A stretch of 27,942 bases of DNA, filler included, from an uncultured virus (IMG/VR IMGVR_UViG_2522125086_000001) (taxonomy: Duplodnaviria > Heunggongvirae > Uroviricota > Caudoviricetes). It is 4 parts of one record of this genome, joined end to end, with 100 filler letters (N's around TTAATTAATTAA, not from the genome) between each part and the next. Parts side by side here need not be neighbours in the genome. Positions count along the whole stretch, not along the records: positions 22,417 to 27,942 come from IMGVR_UViG_2522125086_000001; 3 more parts are not named here. One strand, given 5' to 3'. Shown piece after piece: positions 27,524-27,942 of the stretch. Position 1 is the stretch's first letter. Each line of letters opens with the position of its first letter. Position numbers and translations under genes: made by a program. The notes beneath the pieces are model-generated. The model was not told where the DNA came from. It did no database searches and saw only the letters and a program-made list of their open reading frames with translations.

Positions 27524-27942
27524 GACAGAACAACACTTTTTTAGGTTACCGGATTGAGGATGGAAGGGCTGTGGTTCACGAGAAGGATGCCGCTAAAGTC
27601 AGACTGCTTTATAAGGGATATCTTTCGGGACTGAGCTATATCGATGCAGCAAAGTCTGTGGGACTGGAACTGAATGCCTCATCAGTCAAAATGCTTATGC
27701 GAAACGTCCGCTATGCCGGAGATGATTTTTATCCACAAATTATAGATCGCACCACCTTTGATGCGGCTGAAAGCGAACGCCTTCGCAGGTGCAGGCTTCT
27801 CGGGAAGAAGGAAGGGCAGAGCAAAGAGAAAGCACAGAAAACAGTACCGCAAAATTTTTCATTCAGGAAGTGTCTGAAGACGTTCGGAGACCCGTTTAAA
27901 CAGGCTGAGTACATTTACAGTTTAATTGAGAGTGAGGTGTAA
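27520..27942 (+). CDS. Small recombinase-domain protein (middle gene of tandem serine recombinase cassettes)
   Basis: LGYRIEDG, MRNVRYAGDDFYPQIIDRTTF, DPFKQAEYIYSLI; no catalytic N-domain; overlaps the upstream stop. Confidence 0.8.
   Translation: MRQNNTFLGYRIEDGRAVVHEKDAAKVRLLYKGYLSGLSYIDAAKSVGLELNASSVKMLMRNVRYAGDDFYPQIIDRTTFDAAESERLRRCRLLGKKEGQSKEKAQKTVPQNFSFRKCLKTFGDPFKQAEYIYSLIESEV

Overview
This window holds most of a Firmicutes-type prophage-like or integrative island, assembled across three scaffold gaps (N-runs containing an artificial TTAATTAATTAA linker). The left part carries type I restriction genes (hsdS, hsdR), a sigma70-region-4/ECF-like gene with a highly structured leader, and an ImmA/IrrE metallopeptidase-XRE fusion. 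A divergent control region at about 15.2-15.56 kb drives two operons. Leftward: small protein, DUF2800 nuclease, DUF2815 SSB, two micro membrane proteins, NUMOD4-HNH and family-A DNA polymerase. Rightward: VirE primase/helicase, duplicated putative ori, VRR-NUC, SNF2, RinA/ArpU-like activator, packaging HNH and a cos-like site. The right part has an AT-rich 857-aa protein ending in an apparently catalytically dead IS256 transposase domain, then a SHOCT plus serine recombinase module. Four IS elements hit the island. An IS21-like element (5-bp TSD) splits the regulator, an element with 13-bp TIRs and a 62-bp target duplication splits polA, an IS1634-family element (6-bp TSD) splits the first leftward gene, and an IS66 fragment follows the cos-like site. 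The three split genes rejoin in frame. A motif TGTAAAA-N9-TT(C/T)TGGGCATTAG occurs six times, ahead of both replication operons and the recombinase module, suggesting a private regulon run by the island's sigma-like factor. No terminase, capsid or tail genes are visible.
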